NCBI RefSeq assembly: GCF_006345805.1
Contig: NC_043010.1
Coordinates: 43,028,001 to 43,092,000, forward strand
DNA from: Octopus sinensis
Taxonomy: Eukaryota
Length of the DNA stretch: 64,000 nucleotides
Reading direction: 5' to 3'
Under the pieces are notes generated by a model. The model was not told the origin of the DNA and did no database searches. It saw nothing but the letters and a program-made list of their open reading frames with translations. The first letter of the stretch is position 1, and each line of letters opens with the position of its first letter. Below, piece after piece: positions 47,401 through 62,252 of this stretch. The position numbers were made by a program, and so were the translations under genes.

Positions 47401-50400
47401 ATAAATAGATTGTGCTACTTCAGTTATCCTTATTTTAATTATAAAAAATAAATGTGTGCTATCATAATTATTACTTTCATTTACAATAATAAAGTGTATC
47501 CTCATAAGTGAAAAAATAAAAAGTTTACATTCATTTAAATTCAATTACGGCTACTACCCTTATTGAACAAGCAGAATCTAGGGTAGGATGGGACAGTAAT
47601 AAGCATCCAAGTATTTTAAGACAGCAGTTGTGAAAAACAACGATGGCAAACTGATCAGATGCATTGATATATTCACAAGAAAAGAATTCAAAATTATTGA
47701 ATTTTAAAAAATTGTTTTGCTAATGAGAGGGGTTGAATGTAGAGTATGAATGAGTAAGTGAGAATCTACTTTAAGCAAATCTAGCATTCATACAAAATGT
47801 CATTTGTTTACAATTCTCTACGCAAAGCGTGTCCGGATCGCTCATTGTTTGATAAATCCAGGGAATTATAACCTTGCCAGGAAACAGGTGGGGGTTGGTG
47901 ACAAAAGCCCATCCGATTGTAGGAAAAATTTCACTCAACATTGTTTTGTCTGGCTCTTATAAACATGGAAAAGTGGACGTTAAAACAATGATACATGTTC
48001 AACTCGGTTAAATAATCCGTCAGGATAAATTTAAAGTCCCTGTCAAAAATAAATTTTTTAATATTTGACTCCCCAGCAGTAAATATTCTGTTGTTATTCT
48101 TTAACTTAGCTTTGAAATAACTATGTGAGTGTAGGACCTATGTTGTAAAAAAAACAAAAACAAAAACAATTAGCTTTCATCTAACTCGAAATATTTTCAC
48201 CAATCTATCACGAAGACAATCAATTATCACAGATCAATGTAATACAATCAATTTGTCCCACTTTATGCAATTAGTTTTACTAGTATTATAAAGAATTATA
48301 CACAAATTTTATAAGAAAACCACCCTTCTTTACTGATGAAGCTAGGGGCTTGCTGTATTAAATTTTCCTTCTCAGTTTAAGGTGAGAATCAACAGATCAT
48401 ATAATTCTCCTGCTTTCTATCCGATGCCCGTTCAATATGAATGAAATTAATGCAAAGAGGGGAGGATAGAGAGAAGAAAAAAGATAATATTGTTGGCTAT
48501 AATAATAGAAGAAACACAACTGTAAGTATGCCAATAAAAAGCGAGAGCCTGCAAGCTTGAAGTGACGTGCTCTAACAAAAACTGATGGAGTTAAACATTT
48601 GAAACACGGTTACAAACTTTATATAAAACACACCAGCGATTATGATTATTTACAGCAGCAAAAGCATAACAGAAAATAATAAAATTTAATGAATACAAAA
48701 ATATCAGCAGAAAGTAGCTTCTGGGCTATTTAAATACAAGGGAAAGACTATTAGAAGTGTCCAGCGAAAGGGACATATGGCGATAGAAGTTGAGAAGTTA
48801 AAACATCTTGAATGACATTTTGTCAGGGTTAAGAGTTTTGTGAGATTCCGCAATAAATAAATAAATAAATACGAAAAACATCGATAAAATAGAAGAGTTC
48901 ACTGATACACAGCAGTTTAGATTTAGAGAACTGTCCCTTGTTCTCTATACGGCTATATTTTTTAGGTATTCTTAAATCATCTAGAAAAAACGAGAGGCTG
49001 TTTTAATAAAATAACATTGAAAGATATGGTAGAATCAGACACGAAGCAAGTTATTTAAAAGCAAGCTCTTTTTTCAGTCATTTCGAACATCTGTGACACT
49101 GAAGTCTAGTTGCTGTCATGTCAGCAGCTAAACTTCAGCCTACACTAAATCAAAAACTATAGCAATAGGAGGTATCGAAAGTGTTTCTGGTTTTGCAACT
49201 GATACATCTATTCTTTCATATATCCTTTAAGTCTACCTAACCAAGTTACACACTTACCTTTTCTGATTTAACCTGGGGGAAATAAATAACAGTAGCAGCA
49301 GCAGGGGGGAAACTACTTGCCGACATGAATAGTCAAGGGGAGACAACATTATAATTATTGTAATTATCCTTCTATTTTTTTTAGTTACAATTTACTAATA
49401 TTGTCCACAATTTAAATTTACAATTATTTTCAAGTAAATTTCCCGATATTTCAATAACATATTTCCAAAACTAGCAATAAATTTAATCCGGATATTTTTT
49501 CATAACAAATTTTACCCGGATGTTTTTTCATTGTGAACACCGACATTGTTGTCTCCCACATTTCATCAATTAGACGTTCAGACAAAGAAACTTCGACCAG
49601 AAGCCTTTATTAATGGCTTGATATTTTTAAGGTATTGTCACTTGTTGGAGTCTTTTTCCTCAATGACCTTCCTCTTTTCACTAATTACAGGAATTTATTA
49701 TATCTGTTACTTATTTCTTTGCTGTTGTATCTAATTCTCATGAGGATGGGTGGTTGATCATCTTTTTTCCCCTCTTCAACAAAGTTTGATTCTTTTTTTA
49801 AATAACTCTAAAAAAGTTTTTACACTTGAGCTCTTAGATTTCGTTTTCATAATTCACTTTCTCTTACGTAATATCGTTCACAAACATGAGTTTTCTCGAC
49901 TCTATTTTGTGTTTCCATCATCTTATAGCCTAGAAATAATTTCTAACATAACACAAGGCCATACGCTTTGAAGAAAGCTGTCTATTAAAACAGTCACGTA
50001 CTTTATTTTATCGACCTCAGAAGAATAAAAGAGAAAGTCGACTTCGACAGGATTAAACTAAGAACGTAAATAGATTTAACTAAATACCAATTCTGCCGCT
50101 CTATTCCCTTTTCTATGTCTTATAAAAGTAATTAATCTCATAATCAATTGTTCTGTTAATTTACTTTTTGTAGAAGTTAATGAATCATCAGTTGATTATA
50201 GAACTTTATTTGAGATTGAAACACAACAAATGTTTTTGATGATCTCATTTTTAGACTTGTAATATCAATTAATTATGAATATCTCTGCATTAAAACGTGA
50301 AAATGTTTCTCAAATGAAGTTTAAATTTTTTTCTATATCTTACTTTTTAAAATTATATCCAAAAGAATAGGTGACACGTGAAAATAAATCCACTAAATTA

Positions 50401-51261
50401 TACCATCGAAACCCATCCTTTATTTTGATTTCCTGCAACAACTTGAAACTTTCTCATTGTTGTTCTCATATTTGTAGATATATATCCTCACGATTTAGCG
50501 TGAAGTTGTTATAGCTCAGATCAAATGCGTTCCAGTCCTCACTATCCAGTTTATTTTTCCGCACAGTATATCTAGAACTATAACCAGTTTTCTTTCAGAA
50601 ACGTAAAGTGGTAAATCTTTGAGGTAAATCTTTTTAGTACGAGAGGTAATCGAGGAAGACAAGGAACCATTAATTTTACAACATCATTTGTATGCAGCTG
50701 ATATTGATTTTCTGATTTTGGTCCTAAGAAAGTTTTTCCTTCTCCATCCGTTTGCGCTTCCTCGTTCCAGGGTACTGGTTTGTCATCATCTCTTCACTAG
50801 AAGAAATCCCTTGTTAAAGTGCTGTTTCAACTAGTAGAACAACTCTGTCTCATTCGCGCCATCATATTAATCGGTTTTTAAACTTGTATTTCCACTATTA
50901 TAAAGTTGTATAACTTAATTTTAGTAGTGAAGATGGTTATTGTTCTATTTCTTGAATTAATTAAAAGTTGCATTTCATTTGTTACTAGCTATCAGCTGGT
51001 TTCTAACATCAGTCAAGAGAAAAAAATAGATTTCGTGTTTCCTTGTTATTCTGAGTGTGTGTATACATATATATATATATATACGACACGAAATAATTTT
51101 TGTCTCTTTTTATGGAAACAAAAGGGTTTATAGGACTGCAGGAAAGAAATACTCAAGTGTAATTGAGACAAAGGTAACACTGATCATAGAACAAACATCA
51201 AATTCGAGTCAACGAATTTATATATAACACCATACCTCAAACATTATATATAAATGTTACA

Positions 51262-51470
51262 TAATAATAATAATGAAATTATTGTATACAGTGCTCAGAT
51301 GCACTACAACTTGTCAAAAGTGTGTATAAAGCATATGCAGTAATGTGGAAATGCCTGGAAAGTGAACAGTGTATGAGTCAGATACATGCTTGTGTGTGTA
51401 TGGAGGGGAGAAAATCAGGTGTAGTGTTGGCGAATCTCAGGAAGCATGGAAATTTTGAAGGATGCAGGAT
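51262..51470 (-). mobile_element. CR1 3' end related to the 20.5-kb copy
   Basis: ASFKISMLPEIRQHYT* vs ASFKALMLSEIRRNFT*; shared GTTGTAGTGCAYCTGAGCACTGTA and (ATT)n tail. Confidence 0.75.
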
Positions 51471-52949
51471 ATCTTTACATCTGAAGTGTTTTTATAATCA
51501 AGGAAACTATGTAACGTGTACCAAATATTTTATTTAAATTGTTCTCTTAAGTGTTTGAAAAATTTATGCCATCTTATCTCGAGGAAGCAAAGACAAATTT
51601 CATGGACTTTGAGTAAACAACTCTGAAAGTGATTGAAGATTATATATTGTGTAATCTTTATGTCAAAGATTTTGTTAATATTTCTAGGAAAGAGAGTACT
51701 CTAAGCAGAACAAACAGAAGTTGGTTGTAGTGATCAGAAAGAATATGAGCCACTAATTAAGTATATGTGTAACAAGAAAATCTGCTGCAGGATCTTCAAG
51801 AATCATAGATGTTGAGGTAAAACCATCAAGCTTGGTTGATGTTTGACTAATCATTTTCTAAGAGGTGTTGTTCTTCATATCAAGTCTAGCACTACTGTTA
51901 TCAACTACTTCAAATGAAAAAGTTGCAGTAGAAAAAAAGAATAATGTACATATCAAGCTTTGAAGGTTACAGAGTCGTAGTGAATTCTTCGTATCATAAT
52001 TAACTCTATACTTGAATTCTTAGGTAACTCTGCTCCCATCCTGTGAAATATCCTAGGGGAGAAAAGGGACTGAAAGTGGATTTTGATAGGGATCCTCTTG
52101 TAATTTAATTTTTCAGAAAGCTGATTCTTTAATATAATTCATCTAAACATACAGAAATATGTTCACTGTGCTATATCTTATATTATTCCAATAGCTATGT
52201 TATTTTTCTTTCAATCGCTAACATTTTAGACTTAACTTCATTCTAAAGTGCATGTAACACATGTCACCCAAGTGTTCCCATCCCACACCTACTATTAGAG
52301 AATTTGTATAGCTGAAGCTTTTTCTGTTATATCAAGAAAACCAGGAGAAATTACCAAAGTTGAATTTTTTTTTTATATATATTATTATATAAATTTCATA
52401 TATTTATATTGTCAACTAACTTTTCATATACAGGATGTTTGAATACTACTTCAGGTTGACAGTTGCCTGTAATTCTTTTTTAATGTATCTAAGCATAGAA
52501 ACTGATATAAAATAGATAGAATGCTAAAGGGTTAAGTTGGGAAAATTAAAGGAAAACAACAGGATGGGTTGCCAAACACTTGTTGATATTAATAAAATAT
52601 GCACAATGCATGATATATGTGCACAAAACAAAATTAATGATAACTAGAGCCAGTAAGAGTAATCGGTAAATTCTTATGCAATATAGTCAGCTTGAGACAA
52701 CAGTAATGGTAATCAGAACACGACAGTTGTAGTAATTCTAAAGTTGTACCTTTTATAAACTGAGAATTTATCATCTCTCATAACATAATTTTGCATGTTA
52801 GAAACAGTAAAGGATTTGCTGACTAGAACGAGAAAGAGGAGGTTGAAGAGAAAGTTCTTGTAATGTTCTCGAAAAAGCTGCTCGGTGTTTTTCAATCCTC
52901 TCCTTTTTGACATGTATATCTTGATAATAATGTATTGCTTATATTGCTA

Positions 52950-54520
52950 CTTTAGCATATCCTTTGGTTTGAAAACTCTTGATGTTCTGGTTTATTATTT
53001 CCAGTTGGGCAAGACCTTTATGAAAATGAGAAAGCTCAACTGCCAACCCCTTGGCAGTGAACAAATTCTGTGGCTTGTCTTCTTAATGTCCTTGCTGGAC
53101 AGCACTTCGGATTTGTTGTTCAGTACCTCTGTTCTGCATCATCCTGTTCAAGTGATTGAATAATTTTGGCCAGTTCCACAATGTTACCTTTGATTCCATC
53201 TAACTTTTCTACTTCACCAAAGTCAACAAATGCACTAATGCAGCATTTGAGACATTGTTTCCATACTCTTTTCACACATTTAAAACTTACATTCTCCCAT
53301 GCTGCTGCAATGTTTTTGATGCACCAATGAATGTTGTGACTTTCCGGAGCTCTCGAGTGTCTGTGCTTGTCATATCTTGATGCTATAGTTTTGGCAACTG
53401 TTGATAGAAGATAGGTTTAAATGCTGCTTTAGTTCCTAGGCTAAAGGAGAGAATGGGCATGTAGATTACTTTTACGTCTGGTTGGATGTTCTCTAGGTGG
53501 GTGAGTTACCGAGGTGCATTATTTAGTGTTAATAAAACCTTGAACAGGACTTTTCCAATAGAATATTTTTGTATATTTCAAATAAAACAGGTTGAAAATC
53601 AGCCTTCAAACAATGTTTGAGTCATCTCTACTTTATTTTGTTGCCAGTGAACAGCAGTTTGTTATTGATATTTGTAAATATGCATGGGTTTTCAGAATAG
53701 TAGATTAGAAAAGGTTCAAGTTTGTAACAAGCTACATTCTCTCCTAGCAGGAGAGTTATCTGATCCTTAAATGCCTTAGACCCAGGCATGGTTTTTGTCT
53801 TTCTGTGTATCTCTGTTTATTCAAAACATCCTTTTCCAATATAAGCCATTCTCATCGATACTGAAAATCTGTTCCTTTAAAACAGTGGTTCTCAACCATT
53901 TTTTATCTGTAGACCTCTTTGGTTACTGTTTTACTCTGGTGGATCCCCATAGTCATTTGATGTTTAAAAACTAGTTTTATAGATACTTCTCTCAAAATTC
54001 CCATTCTCTTGTCCACCCATTCATTTGTGTAGGTTTGCAGTAGCACTCTCTGAGAGAACATGTTGAACTAAGTGTTAAAAACAGAAACCTAGTTGTAATA
54101 AATATATCTAAAGCACAATTTTTTCATGGACCTCCAATTTACTATTTTGCTTACATGAACTCCCAGAAGTCATATGGCCCTTGGTGGAACCACTGCTCTA
54201 GAACTCTTCTCCTCAGATTATTTCATCCAAAGATTTATTAAACTTCAGTATATATTACTTGGACATTTTTGTTTTTTGACATCATTAAATTGTCTATTGC
54301 TAACTTTATAGTTTTCTTTATATTCCTCTCCTATTCATTCCTTTAGACTGTCAAAAAGGCTTAAAGCATTGTGTTGAATTGTTAGTAGGCGTTTGGTTAT
54401 TTGTTTTTATATCCAGATCTTCAACATTTTCTCTATTTCATTGATAGATCCTTGTCAGTTGCTTGGTTTCCTTTTACTGCTTTAAAACTCCTTTCTTGAT
54501 CTTAATAATAGTGGAGGTTA
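52950..54520 (-). mobile_element. Decayed pogo/Tigger transposase
   Basis: Minus frames: EIEKMLKIWI (HTH), KTMPGSKAFKDQITLLLG, LIYYSENP, CIKNIAAAWENV...VWKQCLK. Confidence 0.8.
53883..54195. mobile_element. hAT-type MITE nested in the pogo relic
   Basis: TIR CAGTGGTTCTCAACC...GGTGGAACCACTG; flanks CTTTAAAA/CTCTAGAA resemble a decayed 8-bp TSD. Confidence 0.7.
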
Positions 54521-54830
54521 CTGAATAAGACAACTATAAATAACTTTCATTCCCCCAATTCTTTATGCTGGTTAATTATATTATTTTAATCTTCAAAGTC
54601 AATGATTTTCCTACCTGAGGTATGTGTATTTGTAGTATGTCTTTGGTTTGGGAGCTTTGGATGGTAGTGATGATATGACTGTTGAAATACAAATTATCTG
54701 GGAAGAAAATGCAACAATGATGGTGATGATGATGCTAATCTGAAATATGTGTAACCATGGAATAAAAAATTTTGAATTTGAATGTTGAACCTTAGTAAAT
54801 GCCAAGAAAAATTGCATGTGCATGTATGGC

Positions 54831-55428
54831 GGCCTCACAGAGGCAATGATGAAGGACCGAGATCTCTGGAGATATGCTGTGACTGCAAAGACCCAGGCTG
54901 CTTCCTGCACCAGTTCTGCATAGCCCCAGCCCATTCGAAGTACCTTGGATTTCAGAACAACCTGCTGTGCTTGAGGAGACCTATTGAGTTAAGTACATGA
55001 ACATCGAAGTAAATATCAAATGGAAATAGTAGTTGTGATACCTGTGCCGGTGGCATGTAAAAATCACCATCCGAACGTGGCCGATGCCAACGCTGCCATG
55101 ACTGGCTTCTGTGCCGGTGGCATGTAAAAAGCACCATCCAAATGTGACTGATGCCAGCGCCACCTTGACTGGCTTCTGTGCCAGTAGCACATAAAAAGCA
55201 CCAACCGATCATGGCCGCTGCCAGACTCCCCTGGCACCTGTGCTGGTGGCATGTAAAAAGCACCCACTACACTCACAGAGTGGTTGGCATTAGGAAGGGC
55301 ATCCAGCTGTAGAAACACTGCCAGATCAGACTGGAGCCTGGTGCAGCCTCCTGGCTTCCCAGACCCCAGTTGAACCGTCCAACCCGTGCTAGCACGGAAA
55401 ACGGACGTTAAACAATGATGATGATGAT
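54831..55428 (+). mobile_element. RTE 3' end, same subfamily as 10716
   Basis: GGCCTCACAGAGG start, four tandem units, (GAT)n tail. Confidence 0.85.
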
Positions 55429-58096
55429 ATGTATATTGTTTATATGATTTGAATTCCAAGTGAAATTGTGCTTGTGCATATAAATGGTATTTATAGCAGG
55501 TTGTCGTAAGGAGAAATTGCATGTGCTCTCATTAAGACATACATGATTATAATAGTTACTAATCATCATAAGGGGTTCATATGTCAGGAAGTGTCTAAAG
55601 GTACTTAGGATGTGACAAATGTCTAAAGTGATCAGATATATTCACAGCTTTTGCTCACCATGATAGCTAAAAATTTCATTTTAGTGCATGCTGTGTTAGA
55701 AGTGCCTATCTTACATAGTAAATTAAGGTAATAAAAGCTTAATATTTTAAAATCTAGAATGGAAAGAATGATAACAAAAATAAAAAAGTTGTTTACTTAA
55801 GTGATGAACTATGCCAGATTCCGCTTAACAAAATTTCTGAAAGTAATTTAAGCATAGAGAACCATCTGAAAGAGTTTTGAAACTCAATTACAAATGTGTT
55901 TATTTCTTAAATTATTGTTCTGCTAAGGTCATCTTTGCCTTTCATCATTTTAGGATTGATAAAATAAGTAACAGTTGAACACTGCTGTCAATGTATTCAA
56001 CTTATCTTCTTCCTCAAAATTTCCGGCCTTATGCCAAAATTTAAAACCAATATTAAATTATTGAAAAATGTTGGATGCACTTAATATCAAATGACATTTG
56101 CAATAATAAGCAGGTAATCTACATTGATACAGATTTTCAATATGAATAGATGGGTTATGTGGCTTGAAAAAACGTTTTGAATTAATAATAATAGGTTGAG
56201 TTGTCAGGATAATTTTGAGAATATTGAGACTCAAAGTATGGGAATGTAGGATAATAGCCTGTTTAACTTCAACATTAAAAAGAAAAGAATTATGGTTGTG
56301 ATGATAGTGATGAATGTGTACAGTTGTTTTCCATAAATTATTTTTGGTTTGTTAACTTCTGCTATAACTCTAGAATTTAATATTCTTTCTCTAAAATGTA
56401 TGAATTTAAGAACTAAATATTTAGTCTCCTTTTAGAATATTTTTATTCTTGATAGAATTTGTTTTAGTAATAACAGGAATAGCAGATCAAATTCAATGCA
56501 GAGGCATTATCTTCACTATCCTTTTGATGTAAAATTTGTAATAGTCATTTAACTTAGAATATATTTCTCGTTTCATTTTATAAGTTCTCGTAGCAAGATA
56601 TACAATGAAAATCATCTCCCTTTACAATCTGAATCAATTTGATGCTGTCCTAAAAAGTATTCCACTGTCAAGAAAGGGAGATTATCATCAATTTAGTTAA
56701 CTACACGTCATTTTTGTTTTTTACTTTTTTAAATGATTGATGGAGACAAAGAAGACGGTGTTAATACTAATGATGACTCTTTTTAAGAAGTTCCCAATCA
56801 GTATTTTCCGACAGCTGTTGATACGTTTATCGAATTTAAATACACATATCAATATTTCATTTAAAGATTTCTTTCTCTTTTTATTTTTGTTTCATTGCTG
56901 TAATATTTATTTAGAAATTAAAAAATTATCGCAATTATATATTATCTCCCTTTAGCAATGTTTCTTATTTTTTATATATATTTTTATTTAATTTAACTTT
57001 TATTTTATCCTAACCTTCGTTAACGAATATACATATATACATGTGTGTATTTAGCATGGCAAAGTAACTTAGATTCTGGTGGGAATTCTGTTGGCTTTCG
57101 TTCTACCAGCAAGATGCCAAAGAAATTAACAAAACATTTCACAATGGGATCGGAAACATAATACGGCTTTGCTTTGTTTTCCATTATTTTAATATATTAA
57201 CCGTCTTTTTAAAGTGGGTAGCTTCTTTTTTTAAATCAATTATGCTCTTACCAGCTCTTTTTTTTGTTCGCTCCTCAAGTCTAGTGTTTAAAATCTTTTC
57301 TTTCAAAATGTAGCTTTTAACAATTTGATTTCCTTTCAAAGTAAGAGAAAAACTTAAGAAATTACGCAACGTTTTTACATTAAAAAGTAATAATTTGAAT
57401 ATATTCAAAAAAAATTCCTGCTAACCCTCGGTGAATCTCATATTGAAATGCCTATGCAAACTGTTATGATAGATTTATTTATTTAGTAACTTAATATCTC
57501 ATGCAATAATTTTTGCATTAAAAAAATATATGCATCTGTAATTGAATGTGTTCAAAGTTATTTCTGGAACTTGTCTGAATTAACAGCAGTTCCTGACAAT
57601 CTGTAGAAAAGGGTTAAACCGCTTTGTCATGATCAAATTCTTACTTCGGTTAAGAACCGCCGTAACTATTGTCAACTTAGATTTAAAGATAGCATCAGAT
57701 GGTTAAATATAGAATCTATCGACTTTTTTTTTAATGTTTTCGTTCATTAATTAATGTTTTATTCTTTGGTTTCATCATTCTCTATCCAAACGATTTGATA
57801 AATTTTCTTATTTTAAAGTAGTTTAACGTTAGATATTAATGTGCTTACAAAGTCTGTGAGAGCATTTAAAAAAATTTAGCAGTCTGTTGTTCCTTCGCTT
57901 AGAATCGAAATATCTATGAGTAATTCCGGGAACATTTGATGTTATAAGTTCATGTCCTTTAGAACTTTATTTTTTTAATCTAAATTTTTACTAATTGTAA
58001 AGAAGAAAAAGTTGCAATGCAAATTGTTTAAATAATTTTGTTTGCATTTATGTTAAATTCAGTAAGTCCGAGTAGCAAATTTTTCAGAAACTTAAA

Positions 58097-59344
58097 ATGA
58101 TGAATTATAAACTTGATCAAAATTCTGTTAATTTGCCAGATTTTATGAAATCAAAGGCTATGCATACAGTTCCAGCCATCAGTTCGATTGATAACACTCA
58201 GACTGTGTGTACCGATTTTGTTAGTAAGCCAGACAGTGTTTACCAAAGTAACGAAATTCTTAAGTGTCCAATCAGACGAACTTTAGCTCTTGCAAAACCT
58301 TTTAAATGTGGTGTTTGCCGTAAAGGATTTTCTCGTAAAATCAACCTTAATAATCATGAACGTACTGGAGCAAAGCACTTCTATTGCTCTTACTGCAAGA
58401 AAGCTTTCTCTCAAGAAATCATTTTGCGAAATCATGAGCGGACACATACTGGTGAAAAGCCGTATAATTGTTCATTTTGTGATCGTGCATTTTCTCAACA
58501 GACTGAATGGCGCAACCACGAACGTGTTCATACTGGAGAAAAACCATATGCCTGTTCTATCTGTAGCAAGACATTTAGCCAACAGGGGAATCTTAAAATA
58601 CATTTGCGAACTCATACAGGAGAGAAGCCTTATACATGTGCCGACTGTGGTAAAGCATTTAGTCAACGTACCAATCTAGACAATCACCGACGTACCCATA
58701 CTGGAGAACTATTTAAATGTGTCTTTTGTCCGAAAGCCTTTTCTCTACTTATTAATCTCAAAAGTCATGAGCGTATTCATACTGGGGAGAAGCCATTCAA
58801 ATGTTCATTTTGTACAAAAGTATTCAGTCAGCAATCAAGTTTGCGTAGTCACGAGCGAACTCATACGGGTGTGAAACCATACCAGTGTTCTTTCTGCTCA
58901 AAAGCGTTTACCCAACAGACTAACCTTCGTAATCATGAACGTATCCATACTGGAGAAAAACCATTTTCTTGTCTTGTTTGTGGAAAAGCATTCTCGCAAG
59001 TTACCAATTTAAAAAATCACGAACGTACCCACACAATTGAAGAACTGCGGAAATTGACTGAATCGAAATCAATATCAGAACCTCTTCCACAGAATTCACA
59101 GCATCCCCAACTATCAAGTCCTAATCCTCCTTCTATCAGACCCCAACCACTTAATATCCCATCGACTTGGATAGCTTCTGCATATCCCCATCATCAATTA
59201 ACACCAAACAACTGGGACAACAATTTTAATTGGTCCCGAGGGTTCACAATGACAGAAAGATTAAACGCTGGTGGAAATACCACTGCACCCCAGTTTTTGC
59301 CACAACCACCAAATGCACACCATTCATCTTGCAATAAAGTCTAG
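58097..59344 (+). CDS. C2H2 zinc-finger protein (415 aa; 1 degenerate + 8 complete fingers; Pro/Asn-rich tail)
   Basis: TGEKP-linked fingers, intact ORF; acceptor tttttcag at 58080-58087 just upstream, so an extra upstream exon is possible. Confidence 0.92.
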   Translation: MMNYKLDQNSVNLPDFMKSKAMHTVPAISSIDNTQTVCTDFVSKPDSVYQSNEILKCPIRRTLALAKPFKCGVCRKGFSRKINLNNHERTGAKHFYCSYCKKAFSQEIILRNHERTHTGEKPYNCSFCDRAFSQQTEWRNHERVHTGEKPYACSICSKTFSQQGNLKIHLRTHTGEKPYTCADCGKAFSQRTNLDNHRRTHTGELFKCVFCPKAFSLLINLKSHERIHTGEKPFKCSFCTKVFSQQSSLRSHERTHTGVKPYQCSFCSKAFTQQTNLRNHERIHTGEKPFSCLVCGKAFSQVTNLKNHERTHTIEELRKLTESKSISEPLPQNSQHPQLSSPNPPSIRPQPLNIPSTWIASAYPHHQLTPNNWDNNFNWSRGFTMTERLNAGGNTTAPQFLPQPPNAHHSSCNKV

Positions 59345-61689
59345 CCTGAACTATATGTATCAAGCAACTAAAACAAAATAATCATAATTCTAAAACAGTA
59401 GTTGTAAATTTAGTTGCTATTCACATACATATATTTCAAACATTTATCTGTTCATCAATAATGTGTAGGATTCATTTCTGAATACTTTCAGTTCAGAAAT
59501 TTGAAATAACATTGTTGTAAGTTCTTTATGCGAGAAGCATAAAATTCATCTTGTTACATGACTTGACTTTTTTTAAGAATGCAAACATTCTGAAAAAAAT
59601 AGTACAAATTCATCAATATATTCTTAATGTCATCTAAAATTATTATTATTATAATGCTGTCAAAATTAATTTTCTGTGTATTTCCTATAGATATTGAGAT
59701 TTAGGCTTTGTCTAAGAGATAAACAGAAATAGAAAATGCAGTTAAAAAGGTGGTGCTTAAATAAGCACAACTTGGAAATGCCCAAATTCAGTGCTAATGA
59801 GAGCATTAAATTAATTTGTGGTACCTAAAGCTTCCATATAAATGACCACTATCTTTTAAATGAAAGTTCCTGTTAGAAAATGCTAGCTTCATTGACTCCC
59901 TCCTGTTTAAATCTCATTAAATTAACTGCTTTAACATTTTTATAAAACTATTTTGAAAAAGTATTTAATTTTTTATATGCACTATCATCAGAAAGGGATG
60001 GCTTAAGCAACTTTCCTTGTATGGTCAATTTGATCATAAAGCTAGCTGTGAATCATTTAACAGAAAAGGTGTTTAAACAAATTTATCGACACTGCTTTGA
60101 TAAATGATTTAACTGGATCTTTCAATGCCTAATGAAAATTGAGTTAATTCACAAACTTCTTTTGTTTTATGACTAGATGTCTATAAATGTATTATATCCA
60201 GAACTGTTTATTTTTTTCCACACAATATCAGAGACAACTCATTTTTTTTTCCAGCCTTTGTGTTAATGTAAAAAAATGTAGCTGTTCAAATAATTAGACT
60301 TACATAGTAGTTGTAAATAAAAACTGCATTAGCTATTGTGCAGCAGCTAAAAATGGGCTTTTGATCATGTCAAATAGATTGTTTAATATGTGTTCATTCT
60401 AATTGGTCAAACATGAAATATATTTTATAATAACAATCTGCAAATCATCATTTATCAAGATCTTTCTAATTTGTATTAAAATAAACCATTAAACAAATGA
60501 TTCTCTTGCTTATACTTTTAACTTTAATTAAAAGTTAAGTACTTGATTGATAAATGCTCTGCTTTGTTCCTTTAAGAGTCAGTATCTTTCTGCTTTACAT
60601 AGAAAATTGAAGTTTGAGTTGCTATATTCTAGTAGTTGTGATGTTATCCTTCATCTCATTGATGAAATATTTAAAAAAGAAATTCATGGAATTTAAGAAA
60701 AAAAATCTCTAGTTTGACTTCAAATATATTATGTCATTAAATCATAGCATATGATTTGCTATGAATCTGTGATATCCCCTCAAAGATTTTATTTCAATGA
60801 TATAAGAGTAAGAAATAAAGATTACAATTGTGATGACAAACTTACCTGCATGTACAATTTGGAGAAGTCTTTTTAAAGTGTTGGATATATAACATCTATG
60901 AGTAAACTCTTAATATGTGTCTGATTCACTAACACACTTTGTATTCTGTTGCTATACCTCAGATCAACCCTGATTGAGTTGATCTATGGTCAATGTTGTT
61001 GCAATTATGACCATCCTACCTTCTTAGTAGTGTCATGGCTACATAATCCAAATGTCTTTTCATTTCTTAAGATGGTAAGATTATAATTTAAAGAATATTT
61101 GACTGTTATTTCTAGCAGGTGAAACTTCCAGGCTGGTTCAGTTTTGTATCTTAATGGTTGTTGCTGAAGTGTATAATATATTATTTCCTGAAGTATATAA
61201 TATTGAATTTCACCAGCTGGAACTGTTCACATTCCCTTGTGCTACATTGAGTTTGGACATTCATTTGTGTGATATGTTAAATTATAAAATGCATAATGTC
61301 CGTATATAAAATACATAAAGTTCATAATGTGGGGAAATATAAGTACAAGCAACATTTTTAATGAGAAACCTTGTTAATTATTCAATAAATATTGGTTAAT
61401 GTACTTATAGTAATCAGTGGGTGAAAATGAAGAATCAGCTTGATATTAGGCCAAATTCTAATATTGGTTTGAAACTCCTTTTTTAAAGGTTTACAATCTA
61501 TATATTACAAAACTGATGGTTGTTCAAAAGAAAATATACTGAGTTAATGTTGCAGCTACTGAAAGCCAAAGTGTGCTAAAACTGCTGTGCAGTGTCTATG
61601 ACATGATAATTTCAATTAGAAGTCGATGATGGAAGTTTCTACTTGGTCACTTGATCTGCTAGTAATAGTAACCAAATCATCCATTTGCC

Positions 61690-61895
61690 AGCCTCCTCAG
61701 GCCCCTGTGCCGGTGGCACTTAAAAAGCACCCACTACACTTACGGAGTGGTTGGCGTTAGGAAGGGCATCTAGCTGTAGAAATACTGCCAGATCAGACTG
61801 GAGCCATGTGCAGCCTCCTGGCTTCCCAAACCCCGATCGAACCGTCCAACCCATGCTAGCATGGAAAGCGGACGTTAAACGCTGATGATGATGAT
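61690..61895 (+). mobile_element. RTE tail
   Basis: Conserved tail and GATGAT end. Confidence 0.85.
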
Positions 61896-62252
61896 ATATA
61901 TATATATACACTAACCCCATCCCTCAAAAAAAAGGATTCAGTGGTGATGGCTGGAATACCTTTGGTCGTAGGACCATAGGTTTGACCTGGGGTTAAATAA
62001 CAATAGACATTGATGATGTCTAGTTTTCCATACTTGCATGGGTCAAATAATATTCATTGAAGCAGAATTTCTATGGCTGGACACTGTTCCTGCTGCCAAC
62101 TTTCACCTGTTTCCAAGCAATATTTAGATGTACAAATAGCCAAAAGAACATTCAATACCTGCACTAAAGTTTATTTGCTAGAAGCTACTGTCACACTTCA
62201 TATTTGCGCAAATTTCTCAGATCATATAGTCATACATACACATGTATACACC

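Noticed and set aside
50640-50870. CpG-richer patch with ATGGCG on minus as a third gene start or shared promoter
   Set aside because: Frame stops after 12 codons; no further support visible
57184-57408. 74-aa Lys-rich minus ORF
   Set aside because: AT-rich, no motif; length expected by chance
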